From contig OX597825.1 of assembly GCA_951406725.2 (NCBI GenBank), forward strand, positions 65,534,001 through 65,598,000: a stretch of 64,000 bases of DNA. Direction: 5' to 3'. The stretch comes from Octopus vulgaris (Eukaryota). The notes below the pieces were generated by a model. That model was not told the origin of the DNA, searched no databases, and saw only the letters and a program-made list of their open reading frames with translations. Both the position numbers and the translations under genes were made by a program. Shown here in pieces: positions 13,408-27,530 of this stretch (within the stretch, counting starts at the first letter, position 1; each line of letters begins with the position of its first letter).

Positions 13408-14333
13408 TATTTGTAGATGTGCATGTGTATATGAGTGTGTGTGCATGCATCTGTGTATGCTGTTATCTAGAAATAATGTGATAGATACGAATGAGTGGTA
13501 ACCACACACAAGTGAGGATTGCCTGTTTCCATTCTTTTTATTGCCTGGCTCCCGTGCTGTTGGCACGTAAAAAGCACTATCTGACCGTAGCCGTTTGCCA
13601 GCCCCATCTGGCACCTGTGCCGGTGGCAGGTAAAAAGCACCCACTACACTCACAGAGTGGTTGGCGTTAGGAAGGGCATCCAGCCGTAGAAGCATTGCCA
13701 GATCAAACTGGGCCTGGTGCAGCCTTCTGGCCTCCCAGACCCCAGTTGAACCGTCCAACCCATGCTAGCATGGAAAGCAGATGCTAAATGATGATGATGA
13801 GGAGGAGGATATGGGAAAGTATTAGCCTATTCGGAAACAAGATGGGATTGGTAACAGAAAGGACATTTGTTATTTTAAAAATCTACCAGTAGAAATCCCA
13901 TCTGACCAATTCAGACATGGAAAAGTGGGCATTAAAAAGGCTGCGAGCTGGCAGAATCATTAACATGCCAGGTGAAACGCCTAGCAGTATTTCGACTGTC
14001 TTTGTTTTTCTGAGTTCAAATTCTGCCAAGGTCGACTTTACCTTCTATCCTTTCGAGGTTTGATAAATTAAGTACCAGTTGTGTACTGGGATAGATCTAA
14101 TCGACTAGCACCCATTCCCCCAAAATTTCAGCCTTTGTGCCTAGAGTAGAAAAGAAAAGCGGGCCTTAAATGCTGCTGATGCTGATAATGATAGACGATG
14201 ATGATGATGGTGGTGGTGGTGGTGGTGGTGGTGGTGGTGGTGGTAGTGGTGGTGGTGGTGGTGGTGGTGGTGGTGATTATGATGACAATGGTGGTGGTGG
14301 TGATGATTATGATGACAATGGTGGTGGTGGTGG

Positions 14334-14364
<31 letters not shown>

Positions 14365-14394
14365 ATATTGCATTTTTTTATTGGTCTTGATGGT

Positions 14395-14474
14395 TTAAGT
14401 TTCATTTAATATTGCTTGAAGCTGAACAATCATTGCTTGTATTTGTTCCAGCATGTTGAATGAATTATCTACAC
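14395..14474 (-). CDS. Candidate terminal coding exon, amphipathic/coiled-coil C-terminal peptide; gene unidentified
   Basis: After a TAG acceptor (14475-77), phase-1 frame xVDNSFNMLEQIQAMIVQLQAILNET* with hydrophobic heptad spacing; AATAAA on minus strand at 14377-14382. Confidence 0.45.
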
Positions 14475-14577
14475 CTATTCAAACAATCATAACCAGCTAA
14501 TAAAGGTGATAGCAATGTCTTCATTGCTTTACTTGTTATATATATATGCATACATATACATATAAATACATGTACAC

Positions 14578-14637
<60 letters not shown>

Positions 14638-15105
14638 AGAGAGAGAGAGAGAGAGAGATAAAGATAGATAGATAGATACACATGCACACACACACACATA
14701 CATGTATGTATGTATGTATGCCACATAAAAGTAAAACATTGGTGTTGATGCTGGTATCGTATAAAGAGCACTTAGTACACTTCAGAAAGTGGTTGGCATT
14801 GGGAAGGATATCAAGGTGTAGAAACCCAGACAAAAATAATTATGTTACCTGCTGTCAAGCCGTCCAACTCATGCCAGAATGGAAAACGTATGTTAAGTGG
14901 TGATGATGATGATGAAGTATTTTGTGTGTGTGTGTGTCTGTGTGTGTGTGTGTGTGCGTGTGTCTTGAAGTCAGTTCAAGATAAATACTAGCAACCATCA
15001 AAGATTAAGAACAGATAGTAGACACCGAAAAAGAAGTGTGGTAGAGACAAGGAAAATGGAAAAAGAAGTAGATAGACAGACAGAGAGACAGATAGACAGA
15101 CAGAC

Positions 15106-15199
<94 letters not shown>

Positions 15200-15345
15200 A
15201 CATATAGGCAGACGGATGGACAGACGGACTGAGGGATGGTTGGCTGGATGGACAGACAGATGGATGGACAGCTGGACGAATGGGTGTACACACAGATGGA
15301 TGGATGGACAGACAGACAGACAGACAGATAGATAGATAGATAGAC

Positions 15346-15401
<56 letters not shown>

Positions 15402-15517
15402 GACAGACTACAGACAGTCAGACAGATAGATAGATAAACAAACAGATAGATGGAAAGATAGATAGATGAGCAGAGAGAGAGAGAGAGATAAAGAGAGACT
15501 AAAAGAGCCAGAGTGAT

Positions 15518-15562
<45 letters not shown>

Positions 15563-15882
15563 GAGCAAGAGCAAGAAAGAGAGAGATATGTGGGCAGAAG
15601 ATTTTAAATGTCAGGGCAGTTTAACGAGATAAGAAGCCAAGAAAGACACACAAATTGGATGACAGAATAGAACGAGCTAAATATAATAACATATGGTTTT
15701 ATTATATATTATAATAAGAGATTCCAGCTGAAAATTCCTGGTGTGAGCCGTCTGCAATATTTCTTTCAACACCAGTGAAAATTTGAGAATCTAGGAATTG
15801 ATGGAAGATCCTAAGTACCACATATGCCAAAACGCCAGCAAATGGGAGAGCTTCTGTTTTGTCTTATAATGAAATCTCCATC

Positions 15883-16325
15883 AGGCGTGGCTGTGTGGTA
15901 AGATGCTTGCTTCCCAACCACATGGTTCTGGTTTCAGTCCTACAGCATGTGTCACTTTGAGCAAATGTCTTTACTATAAGCCTCGGGCCAACCAAAGCCA
16001 TGTGAACTGATTTGGTAGACAGAAACTAAAAGAAGTCGAAGGCGGCGAGCCAGAAGAAATGTTAGCATGCTAGGTAAAGTGCTTAGCAGCATTTCGTCTG
16101 CCACGACGTTCTGAGTTCGAATTCCGCCAAGGTCAACCTTGCCTTTCATCCTTTTGGGGTCGATTTAATAAGTACCAGTTATACACTGCAGTTGATATAA
16201 TTGACTTAATCCGTTTGTCTGTCCTTGTTTGTCCCCTCTGTGTGAAACCCCTTGTGGGCAATAAAGAAATATGAACCTGAAAGAAGTCCATCAGATGTAT
16301 GCTTGTGCATGTGTCTGTGTGTGTA

Positions 16326-16357
<32 letters not shown>

Positions 16358-16590
16358 GGTGTGCGTGTGTGTGTCGTTGTGTCTGCGTTTTTCCCCACCA
16401 TCATGACTTGACAACTGCAGTTGGTGTCTTTACATCCCTGTAACTTAGCAGTTCAGTAAAAGAGACTGACAGAATAAGTACTAAGCTTTAAAAAAAATAA
16501 GTCCTTGGGTCGATTTGTTTGACTAAAACCTCTCAGTGCTCCAGTATGGCCACAGTCAAATGACTGAAACAAGTAAAAGAACAACAGAAT
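15883..16590 (+). mobile_element. SINE A interrupted by a Nin-domain-like SINE (about 16039-16271)
   Basis: AAAGAAGTC motif duplicated on both sides of the inserted SINE. Confidence 0.85.
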
Positions 16591-17076
16591 GAGAGAAGCT
16601 ATAAAGGGTTATTTTAGGAAAGGACACATCAGAGACTTCTTTGCTGCATTATAGACCACAGGGGGGAACCAATGCATTAGGGTTTATAGTATTTATTGAA
16701 TGTAAGCCACAGCATGCATAGATCAGAAGTGAGGGCCCCCAGACAACTGACTAATGTACCCCATGCATTAGAACAGCGCTGGGACATATCTAATGGTGTA
16801 ATTCAAGCTACATCGTAACTGAGAGAAAAAAAAACAGAAGGCAAAAATAGCTGTGAATTGAATGGTCTTTGATTAAAAGGCCTGCTTGATTGGATTGTTC
16901 ATCAGGGGTGATGGTCACACAACAACAACAAGAGTTAGCTGATATAAAAGATAACTAAAGTCAATATAATATAAATGATAGCTAAAAAAGTTAGGGATGT
17001 GAGCATGGGATTATTTTAGATCATAATTCTGCTCAACCAGAGCTGATCCAGGGCTAATCTACAACAGCAACACCAG

Positions 17077-17572
17077 TGGAGGCACAATAGCCCAGTGGTT
17101 AGGGCAGCGGACTCGCGGTTGTAAGAATGCGGTTACAATTCCCAGACTGGGCATTGTGAGTGTTTATTGAGCAAAAGACACCTAAGCTCCACGAGGCTCC
17201 GGCAGGGAGAGTGGTGAACCCTGCTGTACTCTTTCACCACAACTTTCTCTCACTCTTTCTTCCTACTTCTGCCACAAAGCAGAGGAAACATGGTGTAACC
17301 CTTATGGTGTGGTAAACATTCAGACTCTAGTCGAGATTGCGAATCCTCAGTATCCCAGGATGGTTCAGCTCTCCACCCATTAAAAGCCACCGTTTACGGA
17401 ATGAGGATAACAATGTAGCTTTCGCGCCCATACAACTGCCAGTCTATCGCGTGTGGTGGGTGGATCTTCAAGTTGCCACACGCATTCTTAGTAGCTTAGA
17501 GTAGGCTCAAATAAGAGATTATTCTTTGTGGCTAATGGTATGAGTCCTGATTGGAAGAAGAAGAAGAAGAAG
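17077..17572 (+). mobile_element. tRNA-derived SINE head type A joined to a unique tail ending in (GAA)n
   Basis: GGAGGCACAATAGCCCAGTGGTTAGGGCAGCGGACTCGCGG head as at 21984, 30442 and 60248; different 3' segment from about 17280. Confidence 0.7.
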
Positions 17573-17918
17573 ACAACAACACCGGCTACGACATCAGTAC
17601 AGATTGATAGGACAAAGCATATTTTGTTGATTTCATTGTGTATGTAGGGGTGGGGTGGGAGAGAATATATTCACAGGGAATTTAAAAACATGGAAACAAA
17701 CACAATTATATGTTTATAAACTTGCCTTTTTTCTTTTTACATTTCATTTAATGAAAATATATGTCTCTCACAGTAGTATATTTGGTTCCTTGCCAGTTAT
17801 TAAAACATATTTCCTTCTCATACTCAGTGTGTGTGTGTGAGGGGGCCCGGGCATGAAGGGGTGGTTTTGTGAGTGTGTGTGTATGTGAGTATGGGCATGT
17901 ATGTGTATAATTATATAT

Positions 17919-17975
<57 letters not shown>

Positions 17976-18209
17976 TGCACACATACATTTATATAATCAT
18001 ATATGCACTTGTGTGTGTGTGTGTAAATATATATATAATGGGAAAATTCCTTTTTTGTAACAGTATGTATGGAATATATTTCTACTGAAAAATGGATTAT
18101 TTGATATATTTCATTTTTCTCTTTGCACCACTAACAAATTTACACCAGGAAACAGAGATACGTTATACAGACAAAAAAAAATGTGCATACACACACATAT
18201 ATGTATTAC

Positions 18210-18242
<33 letters not shown>

Positions 18243-18246
18243 CATG

Positions 18247-18282
<36 letters not shown>

Positions 18283-18303
18283 TATGTATATATGTGTGTA
18301 TGT

Positions 18304-18364
<61 letters not shown>

Positions 18365-18487
18365 AATATATAATGTCTGTAAGTATGTGTATAAAAGTAC
18401 ATGACAATCCCTTTATTTCTTAACAATAAATTTGTTTGTGACACACAGACAAGAACCATATAAATATACATAAAACTGAAATATATT

Positions 18488-18597
18488 TCATACATTCTGT
18501 TGTAAATAGGTAAAAAAAATGATAATAAAACAGTAAAAATATACTACTGTTTTCCTGACATTCTGAGGAGACTTTTGTTGATAAGAAAACAGTAAAA
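18488..18597 (-). other. Candidate terminal exon start
   Basis: Strong acceptor tttgtatcttttattctcattgcag; phase-1 frame [36 protein letters not shown], whose hydrophobicity may only reflect U-richness. Confidence 0.3.
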
Positions 18598-19084
18598 CTG
18601 CAATGAGAATAAAAGATACAAACATGAAACATTGTTGGTAAAGGCATTACAAAAGAGATCTAAGGGCAGATTTCAGAATGCTAATGGCAACAAGCGTTTA
18701 CAGGATGAATATATGCAGAAAGAGTTATATAGAAGCTTTATAATACAGAGTAAAATGGATGAAGGTTTGTCACTCTCTGTGTTGAATTATAGAGATATAT
18801 GCAATGAGTGCTTTCAAATCCATGCACTGACTCTCAAAAACACATACAAAAACACACATTAAACATGTGTGCACACATATGCACATGCATGCATACTCGC
18901 ACACAAATGCATACACACAAACACAACTCATATGCAATTGTATTTTGATAAACTGGAGTATTTCCTCTAGCGTAATGGTATGATGCAGCCATGCACTAAA
19001 TGTTTGTCAACTAGAAAGACATCAATGTAGATAAATTTACCCTCATACATATAGAAATATATATATATATATATTTATATATAC

Positions 19085-19504
19085 ATATCGTTGCCAGAGC
19101 AACAAGCTGGCCTCCGTGCCAATGGCACGTTAAAAAACAACATTCGAGCATGATCGTTACCTGAGTCGCCTTACTACCACCTATGCTGATCGCACATGAA
19201 AAACATTCGAAGCGAGGTCGTTGCCAGTGCCACTGGACTGGCTCCTGTGCAACTGGCACATAAAATGCACCATCTGAACGTGGGTGTTGCCAGTACCGCC
19301 TCACTGGCCCTCGTGCTGGTGGCACGTAAAAGTACCCACTACACTCTCGGAGTGGTTGGCGTTAGGAAGGGCAATCAGCTGTAGACACTCTGCCAGATCA
19401 GAATGGAGACTGGTGCAGCCATCTGGCTCGCCAGTCCTCAATCAAATCATCAAACTCATGCTAGCATGGAAAGTGGACATTAAACGATGATGATGATGAT
19501 GATG

Positions 19505-19506
<2 letters not shown>
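19085..19506 (+). mobile_element. Family C repeat with about four internal subrepeats
   Basis: Repeated GTTGCCAG...CTGGC...GGCAC units followed by the conserved 3' part and (GAT)n. Confidence 0.8.
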
Positions 19507-19584
<78 letters not shown>

Positions 19585-19854
19585 GGCACATATACGCACA
19601 TCCATAGATATATATAAGTATACAGGGTGCTCTTTTATTCTTTTACTTGTTTCAGTCATTTGACTGTGGCCATGCTGGAGCACAGCCTTTAGTCGAGCAA
19701 ATCGACCCCAGGACTTATTCTTTGTAAGCCTGGTACTTATTCTATTGGTGCCTTTGCTGAACCGCTAAGTTACGGAGATGTAAACACACCAGCATCGGTT
19801 GTCAAGCAATGTTGGGGAGGACAAACACACACACACAAACATATATATACAAAT

Positions 19855-19887
<33 letters not shown>

Positions 19888-19902
19888 CATATATACAATG
19901 GG

Positions 19903-20275
19903 ATGTTTGAGTTTGTTCAAAAGCTTTATAGCGCAGTCTTTCCTCTTGTCCTGGATGGCTTGGGATAAAAGTTGTCTCCTTCTTATCTTGCATGAGGAAT
20001 AAGAAAGTCTTCATACACTACCTGCCTAATAAGAAACTCAGACACTCCCATTCCCTAGCAATGGACCTGATTGACTTGGATGGATCGTTGTCAATGATGG
20101 ATTGGATCTCACCAACAAGTTCAGGAGTTCTTTTCTTATCAGAACAATCAGAGTGAGTTTTCCGAGCTGCTGTACCTTCATAATCACCATTAGACTCATA
20201 CATCTCTCTTTGAATCCTCTACACTGTCCTCGGATTGACATCCAAGCACACAGAAATGTTTGTATTGGAGCTTCC
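19903..20275 (-). mobile_element. Tc1/mariner-superfamily transposase N-terminal fragment, degenerate
   Basis: Minus frames give ...SDKKRTPELVGEIQSIIDNDPSKSIRSIARE/VSEFLIRQVVYED, an HTH-like region with stops and frameshifts. Confidence 0.65.
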
Positions 20276-20689
20276 AATAAGAATATCAGTGATATTTTTT
20301 CCTATCATGTCTGTAATAGATTTGTGACTATTCGGTGATACAGAAGTATTTTTGATTTCTGTTTTGATTTCTGTAGGTGCTCATGTAGTGCCCTTGTGTA
20401 TATATGTACATATCTAATATACACACACATATTCATGTGTGTGTATATAACATGCTGGTGCTATGACAAAAAGTGCTCAGGACACTCTGAGAAATGTATG
20501 GTGTTAGGGATAGGCATTCAACTGTTGAGTTCATCCCAAACATCAACACAGCCCTTTCACTTTCTGTTGGTATCAAACTGTCCTACCCATTCCAGCATAG
20601 AAAGAGAGACATGTATTGATTATGATGATGGAGACGATGATGATATATGTATATATATATACATATAAATGTATATAACTGACATGCTG

Positions 20690-21007
20690 TTGGTTACGAG
20701 TGTTGCAGTCAACCCAATCAACAGAACAGCCTGCTCTCATGAAATTAATGAGGAAGTGGCTGAGCACTCCACAGACATGTTTACCCTTAACATAATTCTC
20801 AGTGAGATTCAACAGGATACAGATGTGGCAAGGATGCTTCTTTGACATACAGGTACAACTCATTTGTATCACCTGAATGGACTGAAGCAATGTAAAATAA
20901 AGTGTCTTGCATAAGGACACGATGCATCACCAGGAATCGAACTCACGAGCTTGACACTCAATCACTCTGATCATTAACCAAATACCCTAACCTCTAAGCC
21001 ATGCACC
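20690..21007 (-). mobile_element. tRNA-derived SINE head type B with a third tail type
   Basis: Shares the AAATAAAGTGTCTTGC...GGAATCGAACTCAC region with 12043-12367 but has a different distal part. Confidence 0.7.
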
Positions 21008-21035
21008 TTGACTACATATCTATATAAATATATGA

Positions 21036-21072
<37 letters not shown>

Positions 21073-21350
21073 ATATATATATATATATATATACATTGCT
21101 ATATATGTGTGTATGTGCATGTATGTTTTTGTATCAACTTCCCGAAAATATTACACACAAAAAAAATTGGAAAGTGTACTTAGAAGGAGATGTAGAATTT
21201 TATGAAATTATTACAAAGGGAAAATGGTTAGAGAAGTTCGTAGCTCCATTTGTGTGTGTGGGGGGGATTGTTTGTGTATGTATTTGTGCGTATTTAGGTA
21301 TGTATGTATATTATGTATTCTATATATATATATATATATATTTATTAGTC

Positions 21351-21392
<42 letters not shown>

Positions 21393-21436
21393 GTATTATT
21401 GATATTTTATGTTTTATATATATGTATATGGATATA

Positions 21437-21491
<55 letters not shown>

Positions 21492-21983
21492 TTTCTTAAG
21501 TGCATGCTGGAATAAATGCATGACATGTACCATTAGCTGTGTATTTCATAATGGATGAAGACAAAAAAAATAAATATCATAAGTCTTGTTGCATGCACAC
21601 ACACACACACACACTTATACATACACCTACAAGCGCACACATATACATACACCTACATGTGCACACATGCTGAAATATGTATGCATAAACTCAGCTTGTT
21701 CTGTCTGACATACTTATGTACATGTTCTCACATTTATACAGGAACACAAACTTAAAGCAAACTGAGATACTATAAAAATCCAATTGTATGTTTATCAAAA
21801 ATAGCATTTTACTGCTTTGCACCTGTCTGCATTTGCATGCAGTGCTGCTGCACATGGTAGCAATGCATAAATCAGAATATACCAGAAAAAAATCTCTTTT
21901 CCATATTGTAGTTATTTCTATCTTAGACATTACAAACATAGGGAGGACAGAACAATTGAATATGTTACAGTATTTGACTTGTA

Positions 21984-22740
21984 GTTGTGGTGCAATGGTC
22001 CAGTGGTTAGGGCAGTGGACTCGCGGTCGGAGGATCGCAGTTTCGATTCCCAGACTGGGCGTTGTGTGTGTTTATTGAGCGAAAACACCTAAAAGGCTCC
22101 ACAATGCTCCAGCAGGGTGTGGGTGGCAACCTTGTTGTACTATTTCGCCACAACTTTCTCTCACTCTCTCTTCCTGTTTCTTGAGTAACGCTGTGATGGA
22201 CTGGTGTCCCATCCAGCTGGTGGGGAACACATATGCCATAGAAACCAGGAAACCGGGCCCATGAGCCTAGCTAGGCTTGAAAAGGGCAACATTTTTTCTT
22301 TGACTTGTAATTATGTACTTTTATCATCCCCAGGAAGATTAGGGTAAAAATTGATTCCAGCAGAACTTAAACTCAGACCTTAAGAAATCGTGGTTTCAAT
22401 TCCCAGACCAGGCGTTGTGTGTGTTTATTGAGGGAAAACACCTAAAAGCTCCATGATGCTTCAGCAGGAGGTGGTGGCGATCCCTATTGTACTCTTTCGC
22501 CACAACTTTCTCTCACTCTCTCTTCCTGTTTCTTGAGTAACACTGTGATGGACTGGCATCTCGTCCAGCTGGAGGGAACACATATGCCACAGAAACCAGG
22601 AAACCGGGCCCATGAGCCTAGCTATGCTTGAAAAGGGCAACGTTTTTTATTTGATTTGTAATTATGTGTTTTTTTCTTCCCCAGGAAGATTAGGGTAAAA
22701 ATTGACTCTAGCAGAACTTGAACTCAGACCTTAAGAAATG
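21984..22740 (+). mobile_element. tRNA-derived SINE (head A, tail X) in a ~353-bp tandem duplication
   Basis: The segment from 22037 recurs at 22390, including non-SINE downstream flank. Confidence 0.85.
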
Positions 22741-22925
22741 TAGTTACATATTGCTAGACATCTTGTTTCTTGTTGTACCACCTCTATTGTACTAATATGG
22801 TCATTGTTGTTGTTATTATTACCTCTGCCTATTTTCAGTCATGTTTGTTTGTCTGTGGACAAAATATCTCAAGATAAACTTCAGTGTCCTGAGCACTTTT
22901 GTCAAGGCAATATGCATGCAGTTCA

Positions 22926-23494
22926 AGGTGGCAAGCTGGCAGAAACATTAGCACGCTGGATGAAATACTTAGCGGTATTTCCTCTGCCGCTTTCGGGGTC
23001 GATAAATTAAGTACCAGTTATGCACTGGGGTCGATGTAATCGACTTAATACCTATGTCTGTCCTTGTTTGTCCCCACTGTGTTTAGCCCCTTGTGGGTAG
23101 TAAAGAAATAGGTATTTCCTCTGCCGTTACGTTCTGAGTTCACATTTCTCCGAGGTCGACTTTGCCTTTTATCTTTATGGTGTCGATTAAATAAGTACCA
23201 GTTACGCACTGGGGTCGATATAATGGACTTAATCCGTTTGTCTGTCCTTGTTTGCCTCTCTGTGTGTAGCCCCTTGTGGGCAGTAAAGGAATAAGAAACA
23301 TTAGCACACCAGGCAAAATGATTAGCGGTATTTGGTCTGTCTTTATGTTCTGAGTTCAAATTCTGCCAAGGTCAACTTTGCCTTTCATCCTTTCGGAGTC
23401 AATAAATTTAGTACCAGTAGTGTATTGGGGTCGATTTAATCGACTAGTCCCCAACTCCAAAATTTCGGGCCTTGTGCCTAGAGTAGAAAAGAAT
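22926..23494 (+). mobile_element. Multimer of Nin-domain-like SINE
   Basis: Three tandem cores with two different 3' tails. Confidence 0.85.
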
Positions 23495-24255
23495 ATTTAT
23501 GCAGTTCTAAGTAATGCCGAGATGAAATTCAAATTTTAAGGGATTGCATTTAAAAAATTTTTTCTTCTTTCTTTACAATCCTGGGATCAAACAGATTTGA
23601 TTGATCAATTAGTAAACAACTTCACTTTTCCTTGTCTGTTATTGAATCTTCTTTTCATCATTAGAAGGACCCAATGCAATAAAGTACCAGTCAAATACCA
23701 GTAAAGTACCAGTAAAGTACCAGACAATTCAAACTGATAATTTATTACATCTGTTTTATTTCAGTCTCATGTTTATCTCTCAAGCACTCCACATTTCTCT
23801 TATCATTGGTAACTTATTCGTTCATTCATTTATATTTTTGTTTGCAAATATAATGAATGGATAAAAGAGAAAAAAGTAAGTTCTTTAATCCATTTAGGTT
23901 ATATATGTACCATGCTATCATTCAGAAATGTTTAATTCATGCAGAATTCTCTAGAACATGTCAGCCTCACTGAGTCCATCAATCTTCAGAAGTTACACAT
24001 GGGACTAGTTTAACTTAGCACTTCTGTAAGCTTAAGAAAAAGCATTTGCCAATTTTCTAGCGTTCCTCAATTATTTATTAGGAAAGTGAGCCAAGATCAT
24101 CCACCCTTTTACACCTGTTTACAATAAGTAGACTGGGTTGGGTTATTTCATAGCCAAGCGTAGTTTTGCTGTTACGTACATAGTACAACACCTGACCTGT
24201 CTTGTGCTTGAATTTTAAAAATTGTTTACAAAATGATAAATAATGTCCAACACTG

Positions 24256-24636
24256 TACTCTTACACTTTTACTTGTTTCAGTCATTTGACTACGGCCATG
24301 CTGGAGCACCGCCTTTAGTTGAGCAAATCGACCCCAGGACTTATTCTTTGGAAGCCTAGTACTTATTTTATCAGCCTCTTTTTGCTGAACCGCTAAGTTA
24401 CGGAGATGTAAACACACCACCGTTGGTTGTCAAGTGATGTTGGGGGGCACAAACACAGACACTCAAACATATACACACACATACACATATATGTATACAT
24501 ATGTTCGATGAGCTTCTATCAGATTCTGGTCAGCCTGAGGCTATAGTAGAAGCCACTTGCCCAAGGTGCCACGCAATGGGAATGAACCTGGAACAATGTG
24601 GTTGGTAAGCAAGCTACTTACCACACAGCCACTCCT
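24256..24636 (-). mobile_element. SINE family A copy
   Basis: Colinear with family A, with a small internal deletion. Confidence 0.85.
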
Positions 24637-25984
24637 ATATATATATATATATATATACAAGAAGTGAGGACTGAGATCCTTCAAAGGGATGTCAAACATC
24701 CAAGTCCACTGGTACAGTCCAAGCAAGGAATATATATAAACTATATATTCAGTATTTGCAAACATCAATAAATAAAGTATAAGGAAAGGGAAAAAAATAT
24801 ATAGGTGTAAACGATCTTTAATTAAAATCCTCTCTCCCTCTTTCTCCCTTTCTTTATTTCTCTCTCTCTCTTTCTTCCTTCCTTTCTCTTTCCCTATCTC
24901 TCCCTCTTTCTCCCTTTCTCTCACCATCTTTCTCTCTCTTTCTTCCTTTTTCTCTCCCTCCCTGTCTTGCTTCCTTCCTTTCTCCCTCCCTTTCTCACTC
25001 TTACTTCCTTCTTCTCTTCCCACTCTTTCTTCCTTTCTCCCTTCTCTCTTTCTCTTTCTCTCTTCCTCTCTCTCTCTGTCTCTCTTTCTCTGCCCATTAA
25101 CTTTTTTACCTTTAACCATTGTACCTCTTCAGTTCATCATTATAATTGCAATATTCTGCACTAAATATGGACATTATATTTATTCTTCCATTCTGCTAAT
25201 GTTGATTCATATAAAAAAAAACCTAAATTAAGCCAAAAATCTATGGATACCATACCTTTTCAGGTTAACTAGTAAAAAAAACCAGTAAAACAAACAAGCC
25301 AAAAAAATAGGAATATATATGACAAATATTGAGACATGTTTCACTCAAGCAAACATGAAAATTTCATTTAAAAATTTTTTCTTCATCATTCTTACTCCTC
25401 ACCCCAATGTCAAAATTTCAAACTAATAATCTTAAAATATTTTTATAAATCAAAAACCTGAGAAGGGCTACAAAAATATGATAATAAATTTGGAAAATAA
25501 AAAAAAGTTTAAATTTCTTTTTTTTATTAAAATTTCTATTCTTTTCCAAATTGACATTCAATATTAAAGAAACTATATTTGAAAATCAAATTGTTCAAAA
25601 AAAAAAGAGAGAAAAATAGAAACAAAAAAAAGAAAGTAAAGTAATTTACCGTTCCATTCTATTTAGATTTTGGTTTCAATATCAATTTGGAATAAAATCT
25701 ATTTTCCTCTCTTCCAATCTTCCTTCTTTCTGTCTTTTTTTTCCTTTAGCTTATACAGCACATTGAGTCTAAATTTCATTTTCGTTGAAACAGGTCAATT
25801 TTTGTTAATTCGAAATTTCAAATTGAAAATATTGGGGGTGGAAAAAAGATGGTGGGTGGGGTGGGGTGGATAAAAAAACACAGAAAAAAACTTAAATTAA
25901 ACTATCAATAGTTTTAAATGATTTTTGAAATGTTTTAACTCTTACCGGTACTGCTTCATACATACACTCATACACACACACACA

Positions 25985-26530
25985 CACATACACACACATA
26001 TATATACAATGGGCTTCTTCCAGTTTCCGTCTACCAAATCCACTCACAAGGCTTTGGTTGGCCCAAGTCTATAGCAAAAGACACTTGCCCAAGTTGCCAC
26101 ACAGAACCATATGGTTGGTAAGTAAGCTACTTACCACACAGCCACTCCTGCACCTATATAGATCTATCTATGTGTGTGTGTGTGTGTGTATTAGGTGCAG
26201 GTGTGGCTGTGTGGTAAGAAGTTTGCTTCCTACCCACTTAGTTCTGGGTTCAGTCCCACTGCTTAGTACCATGGGCAAGTGTCTTCTACTATAGCCTTAG
26301 GCTGACCAAAGCCCTGTGAGTGGATTTAGTAAACAGAACCTAAAAGAAGTCCATCGAATATATAATTATGTGTGTCTTTGTGTCAGAGTTTGTCCTCCAT
26401 CACTGCTTGACCACTGGTGTGGATGTATTTACATTCCTGTAACTTAGTGACTTGGCAAAAGAGACTGCTAAAATAAGTACCAGGTTTACAAAAATAGTAC
26501 TGGGGTTGATTCATTTGACTAAAACCTGTT
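25985..26530. mobile_element. Head-to-head pair of SINE A copies
   Basis: Minus copy 25985-26153 and plus copy 26193-26530, separated by about 40 bp. Confidence 0.85.
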
Positions 26531-26653
26531 CAAGAGAGAGAGAGAGAGAGTGAGAGAGCTTAATAAAAGTTAAGGAAAAGATTCTAGGGAAGGTTTTTAT
26601 ACTGTCAGGATTGACAGAAAGAAATGCAAATAAGCACCATTCTGTAATGTGAC

Positions 26654-26685
<32 letters not shown>

Positions 26686-26741
26686 AACCACCACCACCAA
26701 CAACAACACCAACACCATCATCCCTACTACTATAATCACTT

Positions 26742-26772
<31 letters not shown>

Positions 26773-27478
26773 ATCCACCACCAACACCATCATCACTACT
26801 ACTACTACTACTACTCACTTATGTAAAAAAAATATGTAGGTTGTGATATGAAGAGTAAGTATTCTATCAGAGATATTTACAAAATGTAGCCATTTCGAGA
26901 AGTATTTGCTAAAAAATCTGCAATTTAAAAACACCTTTCTCTTCCCTTCTTTCTCTCATTCTCTCTCTCTCTCCTTCTCTATCTATCTATCTATCTATCT
27001 CTCACTCTCTCTCTATCTATCTATCTCTCTCTCCTTATCTATCAGTCTGTCTATCTCAATTTTCTCTTCCCTCTATCACTACTTTTCTGTCATTGCCTCT
27101 TTCTCTCTCTTTCCCTCACCCCCTATTTTCTCATTTTCCCTTTTCTCACATTTTCTCTTCTCCTCCCTCTCCTCTTTATCCTTCCACCATCTCTCCTATT
27201 TCTCTTCCCCTACTTTCCTTTTTCTCTCTCTTTCTCTCCCTTTTCTTGACCATTCAATTTACTAATATATCCAACAGCAGATGCCTGATCTACAGCTTTC
27301 TGCTCAGTGCTACATGCATACATGTATTCAATAATCTACAGCACAGAAAAATGTAGACTCACAATGAGAGATAAACAAACAACCAAACAAACAGAATAAA
27401 TACGGAGAATAAAGAGATGCCAGCCAACATACACTCAAGTTTGGGAACTTTTACCTCAGACCCAGACACACAACTTAC

Positions 27479-27530
27479 GCTTAATATAATACATACATAT
27501 TTCAAAATTTTCTGTTTACAAGCTCAATCA
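27479..27530 (-). other. Candidate 52-nt stop-containing exon
   Basis: Acceptor atttctcccttgtggttttag and donor gtaagt; phase-1 frame xIELVNRKF* (stop 27502-27504). Confidence 0.4.
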
